Source: Auanema rhodensis
Taxonomy: Eukaryota; Animalia; Nematoda
Reading direction: 5' to 3'
DNA: 64,000 nucleotides
Assembly: GCA_964057225.1 (NCBI GenBank)
Contig: OZ059894.1
Span: 11,904,001 to 11,968,000, forward strand
Shown here: positions 9,285 through 21,700 of the stretch, one piece after another
How positions within the stretch are numbered: the stretch's first letter is position 1
Layout: every line of letters starts with the position of its first letter
Notes under the pieces: generated by a model
What the model was told of the DNA's origin: nothing
The model's input: the letters and a program-made list of their open reading frames with translations, nothing else
Databases searched by the model: none
Program-made: the position numbers and the translations under genes

Positions 9285-9380
9285 TTAACCTTATTGTGAA
9301 CCAATGGAACACATATCGAAGGTTAATTCGATAAGAACGATTACTACACTTTGATCTTAGCCAAAAGGCCGAGAAGCGAT
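9285..9380 (-). pseudogene. U2: U2 snRNA 5' part (nt 1-96) fused to the retrotransposon 5' end
   Basis: Identical to intact U2 nt 1-96, then diverges 3 nt before the Sm site. Confidence 0.95.
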
Positions 9381-9822
9381 ACAGCATAGCCATGAGTATC
9401 AAAGACATCAAGCAAATGTATCGTACTTGTTACGAGTGCACTCTCTCATTTGAATATAAAAGTGTGGTTTGACAATCTTGACTGTACAGGTCATAAATGG
9501 CTCATATAAACTGTGGATTTACTCAACTTTTGGACTTATTTTTTTCTTATTCGAAGCGCTGCACTTTTTTCTATTCTTTTTATTCAAATACTTGTATATA
9601 GTTTTATATGTACGGTTGCAAAGTTTCCGAATATTTTATATATTTTTATACAATAATTAGGAGAAGGTTAATACAATGAAATCTCCCAACTTTACAGTGT
9701 TTGTATTGCTTACAGTATCTAGAACAACCACTCTTGTAATATTAGAGCACATATCAATCAACAACTTTTTCTAGTTATCAAAGCTTTTTTATTTCTTCAA
9801 GATATTTCAAATAAAATATAAA

Positions 9823-9941
9823 AGCTTACGACACCCGGGATTCCCAAGCCGTCTCCGATCCAAGTACTAACCGGGCCCAACGTTGCTTGACTTGCCAGAT
9901 CGGACGGGATGGCGTACTTTCAACGTGGTATGGTCGTAAGC
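9823..9941 (-). rRNA. 5S: 5S rRNA
   Basis: Identical copy. Confidence 0.98.
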
Positions 9942-10182
9942 AATGTTATATTCTTCATTATCAGTTATATCACTCTAAATCTTGTTGTTAATAGTTAGGA
10001 CCACAAAGAAAACAACAGGAACAGTAACAAATGAAATGCCCAAACTTTACAGTGTTCGAGTTATTTACAGTATCTAAGACTACCTCTGTCGTGTTATTAG
10101 AGCAAACATTCGATTAACAACAACTTTTTTTTAGTTATCAAAGCTTTTTTATTTCTTCAAAAAATTTCAAATAAAATATAAA

Positions 10183-10301
10183 AGCTTACGACACCCGGGA
10201 TTCCCAAGCCGTCTCCGATCCAAGTACTAACCGGGCCCAACGTTGCTTGACTTGCCAGATCGGACGGGATGGCGTACTTTCAACGTGGTATGGTCGTAAG
10301 C
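10183..10301 (-). rRNA. 5S: 5S rRNA
   Basis: Identical copy. Confidence 0.98.
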
Positions 10302-10443
10302 AATGTCATATTCTTCATTATCAGTTATATCACTCTAAATCTTGTTGTTAATAGATACGACCACAAAGAAAACAACAGGAACAGTAACAATAACAAAAAA
10401 AAATTTTTTTTCACCTATGTGTCTAAAGGTTAGCCATGTATCC

Positions 10444-10491
<48 letters not shown>

Positions 10492-11660
10492 ACAGTAAAA
10501 AGTCCAATCAAGAGAGAAATTTTTTCAACACATAGTTGTTTTTTTTTTAAATATCATTGTTTTTCCTCATAACTCGGTTTAAACTCGTTCTAACCCGTTG
10601 AAATACGTCTAGAAAGTCTTTATAACATGCATATGTATGATAGAACTTCATATTTATTGTAATAGAAAATTTTATTTTCAGACGTCTTGGTTAACAATGA
10701 TATGTTTTACCCCCTTATAATTTTTATCATAATGTTCCTTATACGGAACGCTCAATGAAACTTGCTTCCAGAAAAATTTCTTTCTATTTTTTCTTCATAT
10801 GTACGTAGATACTATAGAGAACTATGATAGAAAACTTTAACATTCACGAAATCATCATTTCTCATTACGCTACGGAGGTTTAAAAAGCTGTGTTTTACCT
10901 TATAATAGACCGGAAAACCCTTGTGTTAAAACTGGACCGTTTTTACACATATAAAAATGTCCCGTATGCGGGACCCTAATGTAACTTTTGATTCCCTATA
11001 TTTTTTTTCATGAAATTTACAATCTACTGTAGAAAGAAGAATTATTTTTATAAAAACTGTAAATTTTTGAAAAATGAAAACAAAACGAAAACAAAAACAA
11101 CTTTTTTTTGAACATTTTCTCACACAAGGGTCCCCCCTTACCTACTTTTTTTCTCATTACTCGTTTCAACCTCATCCGATCACTCTGCAAACATGTTTAA
11201 TCGTTCTAACTTGTTGAAATACGTCTTAAAAGTCTAAACAACATGCATATGCATAATAGAAACCACCCGAATAGGCCCCCACGCACTAAACGAGATATAT
11301 ACATTACCAGTATAGTAATAGAACACATATTGAAGATTAATTCGATAAGAACAATTTATTGACGTAGAGAATGTTTGTTCCGAAAAACTACAATATTAAA
11401 CTATAAAAGTAACAAAAGCGTAGAGGCAGCAAAGACATGAATAAACATAAATGTAAATACAGAATTACCAGGTAGTACATAAGTATGACAAAAAATTATA
11501 AGAAAGCCATGAAAATAGAAGGTTTGTGAACAAATGAGAGGTACATCTTTGATCGTATAGTCATTTCTAAACCGTTCGTATGCTGCAGCATCGTCATAAG
11601 CGTCACTCAAGTTGAATTTCCATGTGTACTACACGATTTTCATTCTTATTGTTACATTCT

Positions 11661-11673
11661 TTCCCTGAGGGAA
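11661..11673 (-). terminator. Hairpin immediately 3' of U2 (TTCCC-TCA-GGGAA), candidate 3'-end formation signal; every unit
   Basis: 5-bp perfect inverted repeat directly abutting the U2 3' end. Confidence 0.5.
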
Positions 11674-11857
11674 TGGGCCGTTCCCGCCAGCAGTGCAAGA
11701 GCGGGTCGACCCGTGAGGTGGAGCTAGCAAGCCAGCATCTACCTCAAGTCTCAAAAATCGGTTAACCTTATTGTGAACCAATGGAACACATATCGAAGGT
11801 TAATTCGATAAGAACGATTACTACACTTTGATCTTAGCCAAAAGGCCGAGAAGCGAT
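11674..11857 (-). ncRNA. U2: U2 spliceosomal snRNA, intact
   Basis: ATCGCTTCTCGGCCTTTTGGCTAAGATCAAAGTGTAGTA 5' end, branch-point recognition GTAGTA, stem IIa TATCGA/TCGATA, IIc TTAACC/GGTTAA, Sm site GATTTTTG, loop IV TTGCACT; ~184 nt, 3' end approximate. Confidence 0.97.
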
Positions 11858-11894
11858 ACAGCATAGCCATGAGTATCAAAGACATCAAGCAAAT

Positions 11895-11925
11895 GTATCG
11901 TACTTGTTACGAGTGCACTCTCTCA
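11895..11925 (-). promoter_or_regulatory. Candidate U2 proximal sequence element region (~-40 to -68)
   Basis: Positional inference only; GC-richer patch GTGCACTCGTAACAAGTACGATAC containing a TCGTA/TACGA inverted repeat. Confidence 0.3.
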
Positions 11926-12299
11926 TTTGAATATAAAAGTGTGGTTTGACAATCTTGACTGTACAGGTCATAAATGGCTCATATAAACTGTGGATTTACT
12001 CAACTTTTGGACTTATTTTTTTCTTATTCGAAGCGCTGCACTTTTTTCTATTCTTTTTATTCAAATACTTGTATATAGTTTTATATGTACGGTTGCAAAG
12101 TTTCCGAATATTTTATATATTTTTATACAATAATTAGGAGAAGGTTAATACAATGAAATCTCCCAACTTTACAGTGTTTGTATTGCTTACAGTATCTAGA
12201 ACAACCACTCTTGTAATATTAGAGCACATATCAATCAACAACTTTTTCTAGTTATCAAAGCTTTTTTATTTCTTCAAGATATTTCAAATAAAATATAAA

Positions 12300-12418
12300 A
12301 GCTTACGACACCCGGGATTCCCAAGCCGTCTCCGATCCAAGTACTAACCGGGCCCAACGTTGCTTGACTTGCCAGATCGGACGGGATGGCGTACTTTCAA
12401 CGTGGTATGGTCGTAAGC
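12300..12418 (-). rRNA. 5S: 5S rRNA
   Basis: Identical copy. Confidence 0.98.
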
Positions 12419-12659
12419 AATGTTATATTCTTCATTATCAGTTATATCACTCTAAATCTTGTTGTTAATAGTTAGGACCACAAAGAAAACAACAGGAACA
12501 GTAACAAATGAAATGCCCAAACTTTACAGTGTTCGAGTTATTTACAGTATCTAAGACTACCTCTGTCGTGTTATTAGAGCAAACATTCGATTAACAACAA
12601 CTTTTTTTTAGTTATCAAAGCTTTTTTATTTCTTCAAAAAATTTCAAATAAAATATAAA

Positions 12660-12778
12660 AGCTTACGACACCCGGGATTCCCAAGCCGTCTCCGATCCAA
12701 GTACTAACCGGGCCCAACGTTGCTTGACTTGCCAGATCGGACGGGATGGCGTACTTTCAACGTGGTATGGTCGTAAGC
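12660..12778 (-). rRNA. 5S: 5S rRNA
   Basis: Identical copy. Confidence 0.98.
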
Positions 12779-12920
12779 AATGTCATATTCTTCATTATCA
12801 GTTATATCACTCTAAATCTTGTTGTTAATAGATACGACCACAAAGAAAACAACAGGAACAGTAACAATAACAAAAAAAATTTTTTTTTCACCTATGTGTC
12901 TAAAGGTTAGCCATGTATCC

Positions 12921-12970
<50 letters not shown>

Positions 12971-14298
12971 ACAGTAAAAAGTCCAATCAAGAGAGAAATT
13001 TTTTCAACACATAGTTGTTTTTTTTTTAAATATCATTGTTTTTCCTCATAACTCGGTTTAAACTCGTTCTAACCCGTTGAAATACGTCTAGAAAGTCTTT
13101 ATAACATGCATATGTATGATAGAACTTCATATTTATTGTAATAGAAAATTTTATTTTCAGACGTCTTGGTTAACAATGATATGTTTTACCCCCTTATAAT
13201 TTTTATCATAATGTTCCTTATACGGAACGCTCAATGAAACTTGCTTCCAGAAAAATTTCTTTCTATTTTTTCTTCATATGTACGTAGATACTATAGAGAA
13301 CTATGATAGAAAACTTTAACATTCACGAAATCATCATTTCTCATTACGCTACGGAGGTTTAAAAAGCTGTGTTTTACCTTATAATAGACCGGAAAACCCT
13401 TGTGTTAAATCTGGACCGTTTTTACACATATAAAAATGTCCCGTATTCGGGACCCTAATGTAACTTTTGATTCCCTATATTTTTTTTCATGAAATTTACA
13501 ATCTACTGTAGAAAGAAGAATTATTTTTATAAAAACTGTAAATTTTTGAAAAATGAAAACAAAACGAAAACAAAAACAACTTTTTTTTGAACATTTTCTC
13601 ACACAAGGGTCCCCCCTTACCTACTTTTTTTCTCATTACTCGTTTCAACCTCATCCGATCACTCTGCAAACATGTTTAATCGTTCTAACTTGTTGAAATA
13701 CGTCTTAAAAGTCTAAACAACATGCATATGCATAATAGAAACCACCCGAATAGGCCCCCACGCACTAAACGAGATATATACATTACCAGTATAGTAATAG
13801 AACACATATTGAAGATTAATTCGATAAGAACAATTTATTGACGTAGAGAATGTTTGTTCCGAAAAACTACAATATTAAACTATAAAAGTAACAAAAGCGT
13901 AGAGGCAGCAAAGACATGAATAAACATAAATGTAAATACAGAATTACCAGGTAGTACATAAGTATGACAAAAAATTATAAGAAAGCCATGAAAATAGAAG
14001 GTTTGTGAACAAATGAGAGGTACATCTTTGATCGTATAGTCATTTCTAAACCGTTCGTATGCTGCAGCATCGTCATAAGCGTCACTCAAGTTGAATTTCC
14101 ATGTGTACTACACGATTTTCATTCTTATTGTTACATTCTTTCCCTGAGGGAATGGGCCGTTCCCGCCAGCAGTGCAAGAGCGGGTCGACCCGTGAGGTGG
14201 AGCTAGCAAGCCAGCATCTACCTCAAGTCTCAAAAATCGGTTAACCTTATTGTGAACCAATGGAACACATATCGAAGGTTAATTCGATAAGAACGATT

Positions 14299-15086
14299 TA
14301 TTGAAGTAGTCAATGTTTGTCCCGGAGGACTACAATTTTAAAATAATTACTGAAGCCGTTAGGCAGCGAGAAAATAGTAAGGATACTATCCGCACTGAGT
14401 GCGTCGTATCATGAAAAAAGAGATAGCTAATGGGCAAGTTGAAGAGCTTGAAATTAACAATGACGTCACTAGAAGTAAAGTTTTCTATCTGCAGCTGCGG
14501 GTAAAGAGGGTCAGCGTAAGCAGAATTCAATTCTACCAACAATTAGTGGGAACATTGAGAGAACAGATGAAGGAGGAAATTGTAACTTCAAGTAAAATAG
14601 ATTATATCTTCAGCTGCGGGTAAAGAGAGTCAGCTTTGTACAGATTACTAGTTTACATAAGAAGTGGTAACATTTCAAAAAAGGAGCACAACATAAAAAA
14701 CGAGACTACGGACTATGAGGTAAATGTTATCATTGTCTGGATCGATGATTCGGCATTTGATTGCAGCTGCGGATTGAGTGGATCAGCTTGCATGGCGTCC
14801 GCATTCGACATCAGGGAAAATGATGAGTTTCTTGAGGTCCGGCTCGGCGGGCTGTTATGTCCTATTCCCTGTTGATGGTGTTGTTGTCCTTGAGCTTGTT
14901 CTTCTTCCCAGAAAAAAAAAACTGTGAAGCTGAAGAGTCCTATTAAACGTCTTTAAACGCAAGATTAATAAGAAGCTACTACAGCTAACACAGGACCGCC
15001 TCAAGGCCTGGTAGATCAACCAGTGTTGCTTCAATCACCAAGTATTGCGGCCTGGGCCCTTGGATCAATTCACAACACCAGTATAG
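14299..15086 (-). mobile_element. Short U2-inserted element, copy 2 (variant 3' end)
   Basis: As copy 1 but ~9 substitutions + 1 insertion in the last ~115 nt. Confidence 0.88.
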
Positions 15087-15607
15087 CAATGGAACACATA
15101 TCGAAGGTTAATTCGATAAGAACGATTACTACACTTTGATCTTAGCCAAAAGGCCGAGAAGCGATACAGCATAGCCATGAGTATCAAAGACATCAAGCAA
15201 ATGTATCGTACTTGTTACGAGTGCACTCTCTCATTTGAATATAAAAGTGTGGTTTGACAATCTTGACTGTACAGGTCATAAATGGCTCATATAAACTGTG
15301 GATTTACTCAACTTTTGGACTTATTTTTTTCTTATTCGAAGCGCTGCACTTTTTTCTATTCTTTTTATTCAAATACTTGTATATAGTTTTATATGTACGG
15401 TTGCAAAGTTTCCGAATATTTTATATATTTTTATACAATAATTAGGAGAAGGTTAATACAATGAAATCTCCCAACTTTACAGTGTTTGTATTGCTTACAG
15501 TATCTAGAACAACCACTCTTGTAATATTAGAGCACATATCAATCAACAACTTTTTCTAGTTATCAAAGCTTTTTTATTTCTTCAAGATATTTCAAATAAA
15601 ATATAAA

Positions 15608-15726
15608 AGCTTACGACACCCGGGATTCCCAAGCCGTCTCCGATCCAAGTACTAACCGGGCCCAACGTTGCTTGACTTGCCAGATCGGACGGGATGGCGT
15701 ACTTTCAACGTGGTATGGTCGTAAGC
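15608..15726 (-). rRNA. 5S: 5S rRNA
   Basis: Identical copy. Confidence 0.98.
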
Positions 15727-15967
15727 AATGTTATATTCTTCATTATCAGTTATATCACTCTAAATCTTGTTGTTAATAGTTAGGACCACAAAGAAAACAA
15801 CAGGAACAGTAACAAATGAAATGCCCAAACTTTACAGTGTTCGAGTTATTTACAGTATCTAAGACTACCTCTGTCGTGTTATTAGAGCAAACATTCGATT
15901 AACAACAACTTTTTTTTAGTTATCAAAGCTTTTTTATTTCTTCAAAAAATTTCAAATAAAATATAAA

Positions 15968-16086
15968 AGCTTACGACACCCGGGATTCCCAAGCCGTCTC
16001 CGATCCAAGTACTAACCGGGCCCAACGTTGCTTGACTTGCCAGATCGGACGGGATGGCGTACTTTCAACGTGGTATGGTCGTAAGC
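15968..16086 (-). rRNA. 5S: 5S rRNA
   Basis: Identical copy. Confidence 0.98.
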
Positions 16087-16228
16087 AATGTCATATTCTT
16101 CATTATCAGTTATATCACTCTAAATCTTGTTGTTAATAGATACGACCACAAAGAAAACAACAGGAACAGTAACAATAACAAAAAAAATTTTTTTTTCACC
16201 TATGTGTCTAAAGGTTAGCCATGTATCC

Positions 16229-16276
<48 letters not shown>

Positions 16277-17603
16277 ACAGTAAAAAGTCCAATCAAGAGA
16301 GAAATTTTTTCAACACATAGTTGTTTTTTTTTAAATATCATTGTTTTTCCTCATAACTCGGTTTAAACTCGTTCTAACCCGTTGAAATACGTCTAGAAAG
16401 TCTTTATAACATGCATATGTATGATAGAACTTCATATTTATTGTAATAGAAAATTTTATTTTCAGACGTCTTGGTTAACAATGATATGTTTTACCCCCTT
16501 ATAATTTTTATCATAATGTTCCTTATACGGAACGCTCAATGAAACTTGCTTCCAGAAAAATTTCTTTCTATTTTTTCTTCATATGTACGTAGATACTATA
16601 GAGAACTATGATAGAAAACTTTAACATTCACGAAATCATCATTTCTCATTACGCTACGGAGGTTTAAAAAGCTGTGTTTTACCTTATAATAGACCGGAAA
16701 ACCCTTGTGTTAAAACTGGACCGTTTTTACACATATAAAAATGTCCCGTATTCGGGACCCTAATGTAACTTTTGATTCCCTATATTTTTTTTCATGAAAT
16801 TTACAATCTACTGTAGAAAGAAGAATTATTTTTATAAAAACTGTAAATTTTTGAAAAATGAAAACAAAACGAAAACAAAAACAACTTTTTTTTGAACATT
16901 TTCTCACACAAGGGTCCCCCCTTACCTACTTTTTTTCTCATTACTCGTTTCAACCTCATCCGATCACTCTGCAAACATGTTTAATCGTTCTAACTTGTTG
17001 AAATACGTCTTAAAAGTCTAAACAACATGCATATGCATAATAGAAACCACCCGAATAGGCCCCCACGCACTAAACGAGATATATACATTACCAGTATAGT
17101 AATAGAACACATATTGAAGATTAATTCGATAAGAACAATTTATTGACGTAGAGAATGTTTGTTCCGAAAAACTACAATATTAAACTATAAAAGTAACAAA
17201 AGCGTAGAGGCAGCAAAGACATGAATAAACATAAATGTAAATACAGAATTACCAGGTAGTACATAAGTATGACAAAAAATTATAAGAAAGCCATGAAAAT
17301 AGAAGGTTTGTGAACAAATGAGAGGTACATCTTTGATCGTATAGTCATTTCTAAACCGTTCGTATGCTGCAGCATCGTCATAAGCGTCACTCAAGTTGAA
17401 TTTCCATGTGTACTACACGATTTTCATTCTTATTGTTACATTCTTTCCCTGAGGGAATGGGCCGTTCCCGCCAGCAGTGCAAGAGCGGGTCGACCCGTGA
17501 GGTGGAGCTAGCAAGCCAGCATCTACCTCAAGTCTCAAAAATCGGTTAACCTTATTGTGAACCAATGGAACACATATCGAAGGTTAATTCGATAAGAACG
17601 ATT

Positions 17604-18391
17604 TATTGAAGTAGATAATGTTTGTCCCGGAGGACTACAATATTAAAATAATTACTGAAGCCCGAAGGCAGCGAGAAATAGTAAGGATACTACCTGCACT
17701 GAGTGCGTCGTATCATAAAAAAAGAGATAGCTAATGGGCAAGTTGAAGAGCTTGAAATTAACAATGACGTCACTAGAAGTAAAGTTTTCTATCTGCAGCT
17801 GCGGGTAAAGAGGGTCAGCGTAAGCAGAATTCAATTCTACCAACAATTAGTGGGAACATTGAGAGAACAGATGAAGGAGGAAATTGTAACTTCAAGTAAA
17901 ATAGATTATATCTTCAGCTGCGGGTAAAGAGAGTCAGCTTTGTACAGATTACTAGTTTACATAAGAAGTGGTAACATTTCAAAAAAGGAGCACAACATAA
18001 AAAACGAGACTACGGACTATGAGGTAAATGTTATCATTGTCTGGATCGATGATTCGGCATTTGATTGCAGCTGCGGATTGAGTGGATCAGCTTGCATGGC
18101 GTCCGCATTCGACATCAGGGAAAATGATGAGTTTCTTGAGGTCCGGCTCGGCGGGCTGTTATGTCCTATTCCCTGTTGATGGTGTTGTTGTCCTTGAGCT
18201 TGTTCTTCTTCCCAGAAAAAAAAAAACTGTGAAGCTGAAGAGTCCTATTAAACGTCTTTAAACGCAAGATTAATAAGAAGCTACTACAGCTAACACAGGA
18301 CCGCCTCAAGGCCTGGTAGATCAACCAGTGTTGCTTCAATCACCAAGTATTGCGGCCTGGGCCCTTGGATCAATTCACAACACCAGTATAG
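17604..18391 (-). mobile_element. Short U2-inserted element, copy 3
   Basis: Matches copy 1. Confidence 0.88.
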
Positions 18392-18912
18392 CAATGGAAC
18401 ACATATCGAAGGTTAATTCGATAAGAACGATTACTACACTTTGATCTTAGCCAAAAGGCCGAGAAGCGATACAGCATAGCCATGAGTATCAAAGACATCA
18501 AGCAAATGTATCGTACTTGTTACGAGTGCACTCTCTCATTTGAATATAAAAGTGTGGTTTGACAATCTTGACTGTACAGGTCATAAATGGCTCATATAAA
18601 CTGTGGATTTACTCAACTTTTGGACTTATTTTTTTCTTATTCGAAGCGCTGCACTTTTTTCTATTCTTTTTATTCAAATACTTGTATATAGTTTTATATG
18701 TACGGTTGCAAAGTTTCCGAATATTTTATATATTTTTATACAATAATTAGGAGAAGGTTAATACAATGAAATCTCCCAACTTTACAGTGTTTGTATTGCT
18801 TACAGTATCTAGAACAACCACTCTTGTAATATTAGAGCACATATCAATCAACAACTTTTTCTAGTTATCAAAGCTTTTTTATTTCTTCAAGATATTTCAA
18901 ATAAAATATAAA

Positions 18913-19031
18913 AGCTTACGACACCCGGGATTCCCAAGCCGTCTCCGATCCAAGTACTAACCGGGCCCAACGTTGCTTGACTTGCCAGATCGGACGGGAT
19001 GGCGTACTTTCAACGTGGTATGGTCGTAAGC
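18913..19031 (-). rRNA. 5S: 5S rRNA
   Basis: Identical copy. Confidence 0.98.
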
Positions 19032-19272
19032 AATGTTATATTCTTCATTATCAGTTATATCACTCTAAATCTTGTTGTTAATAGTTAGGACCACAAAGAA
19101 AACAACAGGAACAGTAACAAATGAAATGCCCAAACTTTACAGTGTTCGAGTTATTTACAGTATCTAAGACTACCTCTGTCGTGTTATTAGAGCAAACATT
19201 CGATTAACAACAACTTTTTTTTAGTTATCAAAGCTTTTTTATTTCTTCAAAAAATTTCAAATAAAATATAAA

Positions 19273-19391
19273 AGCTTACGACACCCGGGATTCCCAAGCC
19301 GTCTCCGATCCAAGTACTAACCGGGCCCAACGTTGCTTGACTTGCCAGATCGGACGGGATGGCGTACTTTCAACGTGGTATGGTCGTAAGC
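19273..19391 (-). rRNA. 5S: 5S rRNA
   Basis: Identical copy. Confidence 0.98.
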
Positions 19392-19533
19392 AATGTCATA
19401 TTCTTCATTATCAGTTATATCACTCTAAATCTTGTTGTTAATAGATACGACCACAAAGAAAACAACAGGAACAGTAACAATAACAAAAAAAATTTTTTTT
19501 TCACCTATGTGTCTAAAGGTTAGCCATGTATCC

Positions 19534-19585
<52 letters not shown>

Positions 19586-20912
19586 ACAGTAAAAAGTCCA
19601 ATCAAGAGAGAAATTTTTTCAACACATAGTTGTTTTTTTTTAAATATCATTGTTTTTCCTCATAACTCGGTTTAAACTCGTTCTAACCCGTTGAAATACG
19701 TCTAGAAAGTCTTTATAACATGCATATGTATGATAGAACTTCATATTTATTGTAATAGAAAATTTTATTTTCAGACGTCTTGGTTAACAATGATATGTTT
19801 TACCCCCTTATAATTTTTATCATAATGTTCCTTATACGGAACGCTCAATGAAACTTGCTTCCAGAAAAATTTCTTTCTATTTTTTCTTCATATGTACGTA
19901 GATACTATAGAGAACTATGATAGAAAACTTTAACATTCACGAAATCATCATTTCTCATTACGCTACGGAGGTTTAAAAAGCTGTGTTTTACCTTATAATA
20001 GACCGGAAAACCCTTGTGTTAAAACTGGACCGTTTTTACACATATAAAAATGTCCCGTATTCGGGACCCTAATGTAACTTTTGATTCCCTATATTTTTTT
20101 TCATGAAATTTACAATCTACTGTAGAAAGAAGAATTATTTTTATAAAAACTGTAAATTTTTGAAAAATGAAAACAAAACGAAAACAAAAACAACTTTTTT
20201 TTGAACATTTTCTCACACAAGGGTCCCCCCTTACCTACTTTTTTTCTCATTACTCGTTTCAACCTCATCCGATCACTCTGCAAACATGTTTAATCGTTCT
20301 AACTTGTTGAAATACGTCTTAAAAGTCTAAACAACATGCATATGCATAATAGAAACCACCCGAATAGGCCCCCACGCACTAAACGAGATATATACATTAC
20401 CAGTATAGTAATAGAACACATATTGAAGATTAATTCGATAAGAACAATTTATTGACGTAGAGAATGTTTGTTCCGAAAAACTACAATATTAAACTATAAA
20501 AGTAACAAAAGCGTAGAGGCAGCAAAGACATGAATAAACATAAATGTAAATACAGAATTACCAGGTAGTACATAAGTATGACAAAAAATTATAAGAAAGC
20601 CATGAAAATAGAAGGTTTGTGAACAAATGAGAGGTACATCTTTGATCGTATAGTCATTTCTAAACCGTTCGTATGCTGCAGCATCGTCATAAGCGTCACT
20701 CAAGTTGAATTTCCATGTGTACTACACGATTTTCATTCTTATTGTTACATTCTTTCCCTGAGGGAATGGGCCGTTCCCGCCAGCAGTGCAAGAGCGGGTC
20801 GACCCGTGAGGTGGAGCTAGCAAGCCAGCATCTACCTCAAGTCTCAAAAATCGGTTAACCTTATTGTGAACCAATGGAACACATATCGAAGGTTAATTCG
20901 ATAAGAACGATT

Positions 20913-21700
20913 TATTGAAGTAGATAATGTTTGTCCCGGAGGACTACAATATTAAAATAATTACTGAAGCCCGAAGGCAGCGAGAAATAGTAAGGATACT
21001 ACCTGCACTGAGTGCGTCGTATCATAAAAAAAGAGATAGCTAATGGGCAAGTTGAAGAGCTTGAAATTAACAATGACGTCACTAGAAGTAAAGTTTTCTA
21101 TCTGCAGCTGCGGGTAAAGAGGGTCAGCGTAAGCAGAATTCAATTCTACCAACAATTAGTGGGAACATTGAGAGAACAGATGAAGGAGGAAATTGTAACT
21201 TCAAGTAAAATAGATTATATCTTCAGCTGCGGGTAAAGAGAGTCAGCTTTGTACAGATTACTAGTTTACATAAGAAGTGGTAACATTTCAAAAAAGGAGC
21301 ACAACATAAAAAACGAGACTACGGACTATGAGGTAAATGTTATCATTGTCTGGATCGATGATTCGGCATTTGATTGCAGCTGCGGATTGAGTGGATCAGC
21401 TTGCATGGCGTCCGCATTCGACATCAGGGAAAATGATGAGTTTCTTGAGGTCCGGCTCGGCGGGCTGTTATGTCCTATTCCCTGTTGATGGTGTTGTTGT
21501 CCTTGAGCTTGTTCTTCTTCCCAGAAAAAAAAAAACTGTGAAGCTGAAGAGTCCTATTAAACGTCTTTAAACGCAAGATTAATAAGAAGCTACTACAGCT
21601 AACACAGGACCGCCTCAAGGCCTGGTAGATCAACCAGTGTTGCTTCAATCACCAAGTATTGCGGCCTGGGCCCTTGGATCAATTCACAACACCAGTATAG
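20913..21700 (-). mobile_element. Short U2-inserted element, copy 4
   Basis: Matches copy 1. Confidence 0.88.

Noticed and set aside
5517-9343. LTR retrotransposon interpretation of the flanking direct repeats
   Set aside because: Repeats are host U2 sequence; no TG..CA ends, PBS, protease or integrase; RT and endonuclease are non-LTR RLE type
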